Both the position numbers and the translations under genes were made by a program. Shown here piece after piece: positions 13,236-26,255 of a stretch of DNA of 64,000 bases. Under the pieces are notes generated by a model that saw only the letters and a list, made by a program, of their open reading frames with translations, did not search any database and had not been told where the DNA came from. Position 1 is the first letter of the stretch, and every line of letters starts with the position of its first letter. Source of the DNA: Octopus sinensis (Eukaryota); contig NC_043001.1 in assembly GCF_006345805.1 (NCBI RefSeq), forward strand, positions 54,746,001 through 54,810,000, read 5' to 3'.

Positions 13236-15226
13236 GCTGCTGCTACTACTACTATCATCATTATTATTTATTTTCTTTTTACTTTTTTTTCTTTCTATAA
13301 TTTAGTTACAGATGTAATGAACTGGGCTGAGGTTAATAGTCCCCATGTTCTTTTCCTCTCTGTCTTAACTGTTGAAATTGTTGCAGCCTGTATTTAGTTT
13401 GAATATATGCTTGTTAATGTTTGCCAGAACAGTCATGGATGGGGAAGGAACTAGAAGTTTTATTTAAGTACTTGTCAAATATAAGTACTTGTCACATACA
13501 AGCACCAGCAGGCTAGATGGTCGTGTCAAGCTGGTTGATGTGTAATGTTCACCACTCAGCTAAAGGCATCCAAAGACCAATAGACTGGTAGTATATTGTT
13601 AGAGAAGTTGTTTTTAATAATCACAATAACAGTGATGTCAAACAGTCAAAGACATACAGATGTATGTGTCTTGTCCAGTGAACACATGAGCTTGGGGGCT
13701 TGATCAATGGTCCAGTATCTTAATATCAAAACAATTACTTCATAAGTATATAGTACATTGGTTCTTTATGGTGTAAAAGAAACCTTTATGGATTACTGTT
13801 TAGGGTTTTGTACTCAAGATCACAAGATTATGGTTTCAATTCCCACACTGGTGATATGTTGTGTTCTTGAACAAAACACTTCATGTCGTGTTGCTCCAGT
13901 CCATTCAGATTGTAAATGGGTAACCCTGTGACATTTCCCTGTTTAGGAGGAATGTTGACATGCCTGCTTAGCCTATGGGATGCCATCATTTGAAAGCTAC
14001 AACAATGCATGGAAGTGCATTGTGACCAGTGATGTGTAACTACATCTGACAGTGTGTTTGGCTTGATACAGTGATATGTGTGTGTGTGTATACACACACA
14101 CATATATATATATAGATGCAGGCAGAGCTGTTGGTGCAGGTGTGGCTGTTAGCTCAGGCATAGTTATGGATACAGTCATGGTTGTGTGGTTCAGAAGCTT
14201 ATTTCTCAAGCATTTAGTTTTAGGTTCAGTTTCAGTGTGTGACACTTTAGGCAAGCATCTTCTACTATAGCCTTCGGTCAACCAAAGTCTTGTGAGTGGA
14301 TTTGGTAGATAGAAACTGAAAGAAACCCATAAAAAATTTACCTGAATAAATTCTGTCTGACCCATACAAGCATTAAAATGTTGGCATTAAGATGTTGATA
14401 TGTGTGTGCAGGCAGGCATGGCTATGAGGTTAAGAAGTTTGTTAGTTTCCCCCTAGTTTCAATGAGCAAACCATAAACTAAAAGAACACCATGTTTATGA
14501 TGAGTGCTCTTAATTCTCATTGGCCAAACTAATGTTATTGAAATTAGGCGTAATGACAAAGTACAACTTAGTTACTGTAAGTAGCATAATTTTACTGTCT
14601 ATGAGCATTTTATTGATTTGCAGTTATGGGTTAAATCTTGGGTGAAGGGATTCTCTGTCAAAATCTGAAAGGATAATACTGTTGTTGTATAAATTTGATT
14701 TGGAAAATAACAGTTCTTGCATGGTAGGCCTAATCTGCGACCTTATTTTACAGTACTCTTGGCTACCTTTAGTAGAATTGGTTGTGTTGCTGACATTTAG
14801 AACATGTCTCTAAAGTGTAACAGGAGATCTTGCAACTCTGTTTCTTGCTGCACCTTCCCCCATGTAGTATTGTTGTTTATTAGAAGGTATAGATAGCAGC
14901 AGGTCTCCAGGTGACATTTACCATGAGATATGATAAGGTTTTGGCTTTAGGAGTGGTATGCCTTAGGAGGCTACTCTGTTAAATCTGAGATACAGCTGCA
15001 ATCGCTGATTTCCAATTAGGTTATTTCAAAATCAAAATAGTAGTTAGCAACAACTTATGAGTTGTGGTTTTTCTCTCTTTGCTCCACTAATATGAGTCAT
15101 AAATACCGCTTTCATTTCTTTGATTAAACTGTCCTTAACCCCTTCTTATTGTACTCGTTTGAGATTAAAAAGAAAATATTGGTTGATTGACTGAAATGGA
15201 AATTTTGCTATTGATTGATTTTGCAG

Positions 15227-15390
15227 GTGTACAAAACGTCCTTGTAGCATTGATGTCTCAAAAAGCTGAAGTGAAATATGACCCAGCTTACATTCTACCA
15301 TCCCAGATTGGAAATAAGATTAGTGCCCTAGGATTTGGAGCTACCCTTCTTGAATCAGAGTCTCTTGGTCAGTCTGCAGTGGAAATAATT
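15227..15390 (+). CDS. ATP7: ATP7 exon w3 (164 nt): GVQNVLVALMSQKAEVKYDP...VEII
   Basis: ttgcag|GT ... ATT|gtaagt, phase 1/0. Confidence 0.96.
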
Positions 15391-16230
15391 GTAAGTATTT
15401 CAAAACTAGTTGGTTAGGTATTTTTCTTTTTATTGTAGCTCATTCTCACTTGCAGAGTCAAACAAATAACAAATGGATTGTGCTTCACAACAGCTGTTTC
15501 AGAGGTGTTTTTTTTATTGATGAACAGAAGTGTTACATCATGCAAAAAAAAAAAAACTGTTTTCATCAGGTGAATATAGGTAAGAATTGAACATTCAGAA
15601 CTTCTCAAGAACAAGTATACAGTGCTATTTGAGTCTACCATTCCAAATTCGGTTAGTGATAATGCTATCACTGACATGACCTTGGTGCTTTCACTATTTA
15701 AGTACCTGATTCTCTTGAATCCTGGAAATATTTTATATTGTTTTTCTTCTTTTATTTGTTTCAGTCATTTGACTGTGTTCATGGTAGAGCACCGCCTTGA
15801 AGGGTTTTAGTTGAACAGATCAACCCCAGGACTTATTCTTTGTAAGAGATACGTGGAAGTTATGTTAGAACAAAGAATACTGCCTCATTTACCTAGAGGG
15901 CATTTCTTATAAGGATGAATGGTACAAAAAAGCTCTCATAATTCTATCTCTAACAGATGTGAATCATCTGTTACAGCCACCAGAACAGCCAGGTCACATG
16001 ATTACACCTTGCTATGGGTTCCTCAGCCACAGATGGCCAGCAGCTGGATAACAGCTGATTCTCCTGCCAATAATATATAGAAATTCAATGTCTATTCAGG
16101 CAATGGCCTTGCAAAAAGCCAGTGGGCATATTAAAAAGTAATTGATAAGAACAGAAAAAATATTAATACTGAAATACCTTTCAGTATTAATACTCTTTCT
16201 GTTGTTAGACGGAAATTGAAAGAAGCCCAT

Positions 16231-16264
<34 letters not shown>

Positions 16265-17479
16265 TCAGCCCCCCACCCCCACCCCACATCACTTGACAAT
16301 CAATGTTGGTGGCATTATGTCCCTGTAACTTAGCAGTTTGGCAAAAGACACCGATAGAATAAGTACCTGAAATTATATTGTTATCTCTTACAAAGAATAA
16401 GTCCTGGGGTCAATTTCTTCAACTAAAAACTCCTTAAATCAGTGTTGCAGTATGGTCACAGATAAATGACTGAATCATCATCATCATCGTTTAACGTCCA
16501 CTTTCCATGCTAGCGTGGGTTGGATGATTTGACTGATGACTGGCGAATCAGATGGCTGTGCCAGGCTCCAATCTGATCTGGCAGAGTTTCTACAGCTGGA
16601 TGCCCTTTCTAACGCCAATCACTCCGAGAGTGTAGTGGGTGCTTTTACGTGCCACCTGCACGAGGGCCAATCTGGTGGTACTGGCAACGGCCACGCTCGA
16701 AATGGTGTTTATTACGTGCCACCTGCACAGGAGTCATTCCAGCGGCACTGGCAACAACCTCGCTCGAATGTTTTGTTCACGTGCCACTGGCACAAGTGCC
16801 AGTGAGGCGACACTGGTAACAATCAAGTTCAAATGGTGCTTTTTACATGCCCACTGGCACGGAAGCCAGACAGCTGCTCTGGAAGTGATCCCGCTCAGAT
16901 GGATCTGGTAGCGCTCCACTGGCACAGGTGCCAGTCATCGAATTTGGTTCAATTTTGATTTCACTTGCTTCAACAGGTCTTCGCAAGCAGAGTTTAGTGT
17001 CCAATGAAGAGAGGTTGGCATGGGTGCCAGTCATCGAATTTGGTTCCATTTCAAATTCAATTTCGATTTTACTTGCCTCAACAGGTCTTCGCAAGCAGAG
17101 TTTTGTGTCCAAGGAAGGAAGTTTTGTGTCCAAACAAGTAAAATAATATATATATATATATATATATAGGATTCAAGAATTACTCAGAAGCATGACGAAG
17201 GAACACAGAAAATCGACGCACAAGACATGGCTGTGCTCTTCCCTCATCAATTATCATCTAAAAATCATAACAATTTTGTTCATCTTAGTGGCATCAGCAG
17301 CAAAAAACTGCTGGGAATAAGTGAGTGGACATAAAAGATGGTAATGAAAACAAACAACACTGCTAATTGGTATATATCTATAAATATATACATACAAATA
17401 AAGGCCTCATGGCTATGAGACAGTATTAAGACAAGACATAAATGCTGATGGGAAATGATGTCCTATAGGATTTGGAAAA

Positions 17480-17800
17480 GAGAGCAGAGAGATAGGAAGA
17501 TAGAAAGAAAAGTGGAAGGATGGAAGAAATAGAAAGATAGAATGAAAGGTGGGAAAATGAGACAAACCCAGGGTTGAAAGAAAATGCCAAGGTGGGAGCC
17601 CAAGAGAGCATGACCAACAAGTTACCAAAGGAAGGGTGAAAAGAGAAATGGAAGGGAGGGTGAAGGGCTGAGGAAAAGATGGAAGCAAATAAAGGGAGAC
17701 AGGGGACAGATAGAAAGAAAGAAATGTAGAAGGAGATAGACAAGAAAGAAAGGGAATAAAGGAGGTGTGGACAGAGTAAGAGAGAAGGCAGGAGAGTAGT
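17480..17800 (+). repeat. GA-rich purine low-complexity tract
   Basis: Strong A/G bias visible directly. Confidence 0.75.
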
Positions 17801-17953
17801 GAAATGCTGAAATTCTGCTTCTATTTTGAGAAGACCTGCCGGAAATTAACTGGACTTACCATAAATATTACCTAACTTTGAATGATTTGATAGTGCTGAC
17901 CACAGTGGCAACAATACTGCTGCTAATGCTGAGACATGCTCTAACATGTTTAA

Positions 17954-18173
17954 CCCTTTAGTGTTCAGATTACTCTGTTAAATGTAATACTTTTTCACTC
18001 AAATTGTTTTGAATTAATCATGCATTATCTCATAGCTTTGAGGTTTCAATGATGTGATTGTATATTTTTTGAATCTCAATGTAGGTTAGGTTTGAGGGGC
18101 TAGATATTCCCAGTTTGATTATAAAACATATAGAATATTTGGGCCAGATATGGCCGGTTTAAACACTAAAGGG
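17954..18173. mobile_element. piggyBac-type MITE with TTAA flanks; related copies at 23047-23250, ~29841-30037, 33667-33891, ~50201-50420
   Basis: TTAA|ccctttagtgtt ... aacactaaaggg|TTAA: 12-bp TIR with TTAA on both sides. Confidence 0.85.
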
Positions 18174-18229
18174 TTAAGTGAGATTTTTTTCATGGGTGCA
18201 TAAATACCACAGAGCAAGGAAAGCTTCAG

Positions 18230-19298
18230 TTAGACAGGTTCTGGCTTGCAGACATGCAAAAAATAACTTATTGCTTTAATAGCCCCTCTTGAAAATGGAG
18301 GTCACATTAGATATGTCATGTATTACGAGTATAAAAAAGGCAACTTGCAAGTGTCAATGTTGGTTTTGACAAGGGGACTTTTAGATTGGAAGATACTCGC
18401 TGCTCTGAGTGCCCTGTCTCTTTTGATAATGATGTGTTGAAGGCCGCTACGGAAAGAAATCGATATGCAACTGCTGAAGAGTTAGCAAAAGAGGTTAATT
18501 CATTGTCATCAACTATCCATCACCATTTGCAAGAACTTGAAATCGTGTCTAAGCTTGGCAAGTGGGTTCCACATGAGTGAAAACAATAAAAGAAAACATG
18601 TCAATATCTACTCTGCTCTTTATTCATGTGAGAAAAAATGTCCATTTTTGAACTGCTTAGTTACTAGTGATGAAAAGTAGATGGTAAATATCAATGTCAA
18701 TGGGTCCAACCAGGAGAACAAGCAAGACCCATCCAAAACAAGGTTTTCATACTTGGAAAGTTTTGTTAAGTTTTTGGTGGGACATGTTTGGTGTAATACA
18801 CTTTGAAACCTTGCCATGAAACCAGACAACTACAGCTCAAGTGTACAGTGAACAAATTGATTGATTGAATGAAAAACTTACAGAAAAAATGGTGTTCTCT
18901 TGTCAATTAAAAGGGTATCATTTTCCATCATGACAGTGCCAGACCTCATAGTACAAGAGTCACATGTACCAAGATTGAGGAGCAAGGTTTGGAAAGGCTT
19001 CCACATCCTCCATACTCTCCTGACCATACTTCTTTGGATTATCAGTTATTCTGAAGCTTGCGAAATTTTATTGATGGAAAAAATACAATTGCTTAGAGAC
19101 ACTTGAAACAGACCTTCAAGAGTTTTTCTCTTGTATGCCAGCTGATTTCTATAGGAATGACATAAAAAAATCTTTTATGGCATTAGAATAATGTTATTGA
19201 TTCAGATGGGGAATATATAGTTGATTAAATTGGTACCTTACTTGCTTTTTTATTTCTTTAAGGCATTCTACAAAAAACATTACTTATGGGATGATTGA

Positions 19299-19300
<2 letters not shown>
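18230..19300 (+). mobile_element. Decayed mariner transposon
   Basis: Fragments GHIRYVMYYEYKKG, WVPHE, VTSDEK, HDSARPH and HPPYSPD match mariner WVPHEL, ITGDEKW, HDNARPH and YSPDLAP; 3' TIR-like ttacttatgggat. Confidence 0.85.
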
Positions 19301-19331
<31 letters not shown>

Positions 19332-20328
19332 GTTAACAACTATTTTTTTTTTTGGCACAAGGCCAGCAAGGGGAAGGGTTAAGTCAGTTACATTGACCCC
19401 AGTGCCCAGCTGGTACTTATATTGTTGACCCTGAAAAGATGAAAAGTCAACGTAGTTGACCTCAGCAGAATTTTAACTCAAAACATAAACGCTGCCAAGC
19501 ATTTTGCTCAATGTGCTAACAATTCTTCCAACTTGCTGCTTTAATAATAATGATAACGGCTTTAAATTTTGGCAGAAGGCTAGTAATTTTATGGAGAGGG
19601 GCTAGTCAATTACATTGACCCTGTTTCCTAGTTGGTACTTATTTTATTGACCCCCAAAATAATGAAAGACAAAATTGATCTTGGCAGAATTTGAAATCAG
19701 GATGTAATGTGTCTGATGAAATACTGCTAGACATTTTGTCCAACATGCTACTAATTCTGCCAGCTCACAATAATAATAATAATAATAATAATAGTAGTAG
19801 TAATAGTGGTTTTGAATTTTGGAGGAGTTGGACAAGTTGATTACATTGATCCTTACATCTCGAAAGTTGAAACTACGTGACTTTTTGCCTACCAGCGATT
19901 GTAAACATATCGTTTTTGCTCAGATGGTGCGAATGAGGACATGTAGATCACATGCTCTGGCACACACATACATATATGACGGGCTTCTTGACAATTTCCA
20001 TCTTCTAATTCCACTCATCAAGCATTTGTCAGCCCTAAACTGTTATAGTAACAGACACTTGTCCAAGTTGCTGCACAGTGGAACTGAACCCATAATTAAG
20101 TGGTTGTGAAGCAAACTTCGTAACCATACAACTTGCACCTTTATAAAAACAATTTACTTGTTGACATCTAAGACATAAGTTCATTATAGTCACCTATCAT
20201 TCCCCATATGTTTCAGCCTTAAATCAAATATTGTAGAGAGTAGAAGAGAGAAATTCACATGTAAAACACTGGGTTTTTTTGTCATATTTCTTGCAAATGT
20301 TTACATACTTCTGTGTTGCTACATTTTA

Positions 20329-21388
20329 ATTGATTTGGCAAGAAAGTAATTTCGTTTTTCACAAATAGAGTTACAATTTTTTTTAATGACTTTTGTCAAT
20401 GTTATGATTTTTTCCTTTTGATATTTGATAGCCATTACTTTTAGCTTTCTTTAGAAGCAAATTGTATGTAATTTTGTTTACAGTTGTTCAGTGTCAATTT
20501 TAACATGGAGTGCAAAAACAAACATTTCTGCCATATTTTGCTTTTTTATTTCTGAAAAGGCAAGAAAGTTGCTGAGTTTCACAAAGAGATATGTGAAGTT
20601 TATGGTGTTGATTGCTTAACAGAATCCACATGTCAGAAATGGTTTTAAAAATTCTGTTCTGGAGATTTTTCACTTAAAGTTGACCAAAATCCTGGTTGAC
20701 CTACTGAAGTTGATGATGACTGAATCAAAGCCATAATGGAATCTAATTGTCATATAACTGTGCTACAGATTGCAGAGAGGTTAAGATGTATCACATACAA
20801 CAAATGGAAATCACTTTAAAAGTCTTGAACTCATTAAGGAACTCGATATTTGGGTTCCACATAAATTGAAAGATTCAGTTAACACAACAAATTAATATTT
20901 GTGATATGCATCTCAAACGCAATGAAATCACCCTTTTTTTTTAAATGAATCATCACTGGTGATGAAAATTGGATTATCTACAACAACATCAATCAAAAAC
21001 GATCATGGTTGAAGCATAATGAACCAACACAAACCACATTGAAAGCTGAAATAGTTGAAATTATTGGAGCTTGGTTGGGAAGTGATGTCACATCCACCAT
21101 ATAGCCCTGATCTTGCACCATCAGATTACCATTTATTTTGAAGTTTGCAAAATTCTTTGAATGGTAAAACTTTCAATAATGATGATGACCTGAAATCACA
21201 CTTGCTTCAGTTTTTGGCTGAGAAGGACCAGAAGTTCTATAAGCAAGGAATCATGAAGTTGCCAGAAAAATGGCAAAAGGTCATTGAACAAAATGGAAAA
21301 TATAGATTGAAGTTCATTTTTTATATGAAAAAAAAACGATTTTTATTTCACATCAAAAAACCAAAATTACTTTCTTTCCAACCCAATA
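20329..21388 (+). mobile_element. Internally deleted mariner transposon with both TIRs
   Basis: MECKNKHFCHILLFYF, IITGDENW and HPPYSPDLAPSDYHLF motifs; 5' ttggcaagaaagtaatt and 3' aattactttctttccaacccaata. Confidence 0.88.
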
Positions 21389-21427
21389 TTATATTGTTGT
21401 CATTCTTTCTTTTATTTTCTTATTTAG

Positions 21428-21589
21428 ATTACAGGCATGACCTGTTCTTCCTGTGTCCATCTTATAGAGTCAACTCTTCTCAAGAAGAAAGGAATAGTCT
21501 CAGCTAATGTAGCCCTGGCTACCTCAAAAGGTGTATTTGAGTTTAATAATGAAACAACTGGTGCTAGAGATATTATACAAGCCATTGAG
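21428..21589 (+). CDS. ATP7: ATP7 exon w4 (162 nt): last HMA domain [14 protein letters not shown]
   Basis: atttag|ATT ... GAG|gtaggt, phase 0/0. Confidence 0.96.
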
Positions 21590-22323
21590 GTAGGTTTAAT
21601 TACTTTTGATGCTGGTGTTTGTTATCTAGGTAACCTAATTAGCTGTGGATGAGAGAACTCTGAAAGCATTATTAGCTACAATGAAAATAGGGTGGGAAAA
21701 AAGTCCAGGAAGTTATTGCATTTGTTGGCAAAATAGGGATTCTCTATTCAAATGAATGGTAAAGTGTACTTTGCTTGTGTCATCTTCATCATCATCATCA
21801 TTTATTGTGTTTTCCATGCTGGCATGGAATTAGCTGGTTTGACAGGAGCTGCTCAGGCTCCAGTTGTCTATTTTAACATGATTTCTATGTTTTTCATGTG
21901 GCACCAGTACAGGTACATTTATGTGAAACTGGCATAGGTGTTTTTGTGTGGTGCCTGCATGGGTGCATTTATGTAACCCCCATGGCTTATTTGAGGATAG
22001 AAGAGAGGGTGAAGATTCCCTTTAAGGGGAGAGAACCGCTTCAGGGTTTATAATTTTTTGTTATTTTTATTATTAGAGGCTCTTTTCGTATGCTTATGGG
22101 TGAGAGAGCATATGAAATAATATTTCTTTATAGTCCATATTTTCTTGTGTCCTAGTAGTTGTAGGTAGTGCCATTTCGCCCTTATTATAGACTCAATGAT
22201 GAAAAGCACAAACTAAGAGTTAAATCCAAAAGAAATGAATATAATGATGTGTGTTTCTATGTCATTTAGAAAGCATCTGTCTTGTTTATCTGTAGACTAA
22301 TGTAAAAGTGCATATTATTACAG

Positions 22324-22403
22324 GAGCTTGGATTTCAGGCCACATTAGCAACTGAGAGTGACAACAAGGCTGCCCGGTATGATCATCGCATGGAAATTAG
22401 AAG
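22324..22403 (+). CDS. ATP7: ATP7 exon w5 (80 nt): ELGFQATL...DHRMEIR
   Basis: ttacag|GAG ... AAG|gtaagt, phase 0/2. Found by eye; too short for the ORF track. Confidence 0.93.
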
Positions 22404-24029
22404 GTAAGTACGAAAGTTCTGGCACCAGAGGACATTTAGACTTTCCCACCCATTCTGTTTTCACCTGTAACTTTACCTATACCTGGTGATATATATATAT
22501 ATACCCGGACTTGTGCCTCAGAGGGTAACTTTCTAGGTGCAATCCCATGGTCATTCATGACCAAAGGGGGTCTCCGATATGTATATATATCCTGTGCAGC
22601 AACATGTAAAAGCGACCATGTAGTGACATGTAAAAGCACCCATGTGGTGACGTAAAAGCATCCAGCTCACTCTGTAAAGTGGTTGGAGTCTGGTGCAGCC
22701 CCCACCAGCTTGCCAGCTCTGGTCACGCTGTCCAACCTGTGCCAGCATGGACAACGGACATTAAATGATGACGATGATCATACACACATGCACACTGTCA
22801 TCATCATCATCATCATTTGACATCCATTTTCCATACTGGCAAGAGTTACCAGAAGAAGATAACTATGGAAGACATGAGATGCTGTGAAAGCTGATCTCAG
22901 GAAGTTGAAGTGCATTTTATGACAAAGGGTCACAACAAAATGGGAGATGCTGTTCCAGAGAGGACCCACCCAATCTATACAAGCATGGAAAAACAAATGC
23001 ATGAGGTTGATGATTGTGGTGGTATAGTGGATTTAGATGTATATATCCCTTTAACATTCAGATTACTATGTTTATTCACCTTGTTTAGAATCAATTACAC
23101 ATTATCTGACAGCTTTGACATTTCTGTGATGTGATTGTTTATTTTTAGAATGACACTCTAGGTTAGGTGTGAGAGGCTGGATCTGGTTGGTTTTAATGTA
23201 CAAGAGGCAGAATACTTGGGCCTGATATGGCCAATTTAAATACTAAAGGGAGATATATGTGTGTGTGGGTGAGAGATAGGGTGGAAAATTCAACATATGA
23301 ACATTCCAATTGTTCAATTACATGGGCAACAAATAAAACATTTTTTTTCGTTTTTTTGTTCAAAGAAATATGCAAGTTATTTTTTCTAAGTAATCATGTG
23401 ACATGATATGTCCCCTGTTTAGTTTGTCATTGTGTTCTTCTTCTTAGTCTCTGGACTGAATAAATGACTGGCTGTCTCACTGACACTTGTTTACTGATTC
23501 AGCACTAGCAGCCAGACACTGTGTACTAAGGCTCTGCCTTCAGGTTACAGATACTTATACGGTTTTACACAGTTTCCATCTACCCATCTTTTACCCATGT
23601 TGCTTAAGCTAACTCATTGTATGGCTTGATTACACTTGTGTCGAATAGCACTCAATGTGATTGAACTCAAGGCCTGGTGAAGTCTATTTCAGTAACATTT
23701 GAACAAGTTCTCTCTCTCTCACACACACACACATGCAAACCATCATCATAACTTTACATTAATTTCCCATGGTAGTATATTTGAAGTAGTTTCATGGCAT
23801 CTCACCAGGGTCTGAGTGCATTTGATATATCACTGGTACTAGAGAGCCTCTCTGCAGCAGGATTATAGGGTCCCTTCCACTCCATGTCATTTTTTTTTCT
23901 AATATTCAGAATAACTGCTCTCCTAGACAGATTGCTTGTACTTTGCTTACAGAATCCTTCAACAAACACACACACATGTAGATGAAACTTATGCACTTAT
24001 ATTATTGTCACCCCATGACTTTAGGAAAC

Positions 24030-24290
24030 ATTTTTTCACGCTGAGAGTTGCTGAAGCATGGAACAAACTGCCGGCATCAGTTGTTAGTTGTCGGAGCACT
24101 GCATCCTTCAAAACTTCCATGCTTTCTGAGATTCGCCAACACTACACCTGATTTCCTCCTCTCCATACACACACAAGCATGTATCTGACTCATGCATTGT
24201 TCGCTTTCCAGACATTTGTACATTACTGCATGTGCTTTATATGCACTGTCTGACAAGTTGTGGTGCACCTGAGCACTGTATACAACAATT

Positions 24291-24327
<37 letters not shown>

Positions 24328-24340
24328 CATTATTATATAA
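24030..24340 (+). mobile_element. CR1/L2-type LINE 3' end with (TAT)n tail
   Basis: RKHFFTLRVAEAWNKLPASVVSCRSTASFK is a typical RT C-terminus; followed by a 3' UTR and a long TAT run. Confidence 0.8.
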
Positions 24341-24376
24341 ATTATGACGATGATAACAACAATGATTCTTTTGTAG

Positions 24377-24608
24377 GTGGCGCTCTTCATTTTTTTGGTC
24401 GTTATTGTTTGGTCTTCCTGCCATGGTCATCATGATGTACTTCATGTTCACCATGCCTGCTCATGATAATCTACCTCCAGCTGGAAATGCCACAAACGTG
24501 ACCACTGTAGCTCCTGGAACATTCAGAACCCACCGCAAACAGCTGATGGTTTGTGCTGGTCTTTCCCTTGAGAACTTATTGCTTTTCATATTGGCTACAG
24601 CTGTACAG
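24377..24608 (+). CDS. ATP7: ATP7 exon w6 (232 nt): TM1, lumenal loop, TM2 (WRSSFFWSLLFGLP...LATAVQ)
   Basis: ttgtag|G ... CAG|gtgagt, phase 2/0. Confidence 0.95.
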
Positions 24609-25177
24609 GTGAGTTACTTATTTTATTTATTTATTTCTTCTTTCTAACTTTCATTTTTTTCTTTCATTTTTTCTTTTGTCTTTCTATTTTTCTTCATTTC
24701 TTTCCTTACTCTTTTACCATTTTGTTTTTATGTGTGTGTTCTTTCATTCTGCAAACTTTTCTTTCTAGTTACCTTTCTATTTTTGTACAGTTGAATAAAA
24801 TAATCTACGTAGCATTTGTATTTTTTTCCTCTCTGCTGTGCATCTCACCATTCTTATAATAGGAATGGCTTTAAAGTTGAATTCATCAACATCCACTAAG
24901 TTCATGGTATTTGTTTTTCATTTACTTTGATGAGAATAAAGAAATAAATTAATCCAATCTAAGAGTTTAAAACTACCCCCTGTTGATTTTTAGAGGATGC
25001 CTTTAACATAATCTACACTGAGTCCATAAATATTCGGACCAAAATCCTAGCCTGTAAATAACTTGATGTCTTGAGTTATCTTCAGTTTGGAAATGTGGTC
25101 AAATGTAGTCCACTGTCTTCCCGGTGAAGTAAACCATGTTGTGATTTCTTCCTTCATTTCCTTGCGGGGGATCTTAA

Positions 25178-26255
25178 CCCTTTCGATACCAAACCGCCCA
25201 AAGCCGCCCGAAAAAAATTTTGGTTAATGTGACCAAACCGCCCAAATTTACCTATTCATATTTAAATGAGAATATCAGAGCAAATCTCTTTAGTACATTC
25301 ATGAAAACACGTATTATATTTCGTAAACAGTTCAACTACAGTTTTGTACAACAATCAAAGTGTAATTTTAATTCCGTGAATTTTGGGAGATTTTTTTCCG
25401 AAATTTGTTCCTATTGTGTTTTCAAAATTTGTAATTCTGACAAAAAATGGATACGAATTTCATTATATCAAGCAGCGAGTCAGAATTCGAAGGATTTTCT
25501 ACTGAAGACCTTCATAAATCTAACTCTATGACTGAAAAAAAAAAGCACATGGTATTTGATAATGAATCTGATGTTTCATTTTCCGAAAGTGAAAACAGTG
25601 AATCCAATAAATCTCCGACAGCGATAAAGAAAATGAATTGGCACCTGAATGGAGTGAAAATTTAAAAACTGTTTCTTTCGGTGATTTTTCTGAAGAAACT
25701 GGACCAAGCCACAGACTTTCCCAGGAGAGTAAAGCCTTAGACTATTTCTTTTTACTTTTTCGAATGAGCCTATTTGAAATCATTACGGCGGAAACGAACT
25801 GTTACGCTAAACGTAAACAAAGCGAAAGAAAGGATACTTTGTGGTTTCCCACAACCTTAAATGAAATTAAGACTATTTTGCCATAAATATTATTATGGGT
25901 ATCAGAAAGTTACCCAGAATAACAAATTCTATCGTAAAATTTTGTTGTATACCCAATTGAATATTAGCTAATAACCCATTTTCTATAGCGATGTTTGAAC
26001 AAAATTTTAATAATTTTATATTTTGTTGAATTTACCTGTATCTACCTGCAATTAGAGTCACTTTGTGACAAAAATTATAGTATAGAATTGGTTGAGAACA
26101 TTTCATTAAATTATCTTCCAAAATTCACGTTAATATATTGATAAATAAAAAAGTTATTGTTGTTTAATGAAACCAGACTAAATTTATGATTACGTTAGAA
26201 ATTAATTGAAACACATAAGGGGTGTATTTTGGTCAGAAATATAGTAACGAAAGGG
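25178..26255 (+). mobile_element. Internally deleted piggyBac element with intact ends
   Basis: TTAA at 25174-25177 and 26256-26259; TIRs ccctttcgatac / gtaacgaaaggg (11/12 match). Frameshifted N-terminal transposase: acidic SSSESEFEGF, then LDYFFLLF...AETNCYA...WFPTTLNEIK. Confidence 0.88.

Noticed and set aside
16928-17135. Two ~100-bp direct repeats with short spacers, superficially array-like
   Set aside because: Eukaryotic context, only two long imperfect units attached to a SINE-like repeat; a local tandem duplication, not CRISPR.
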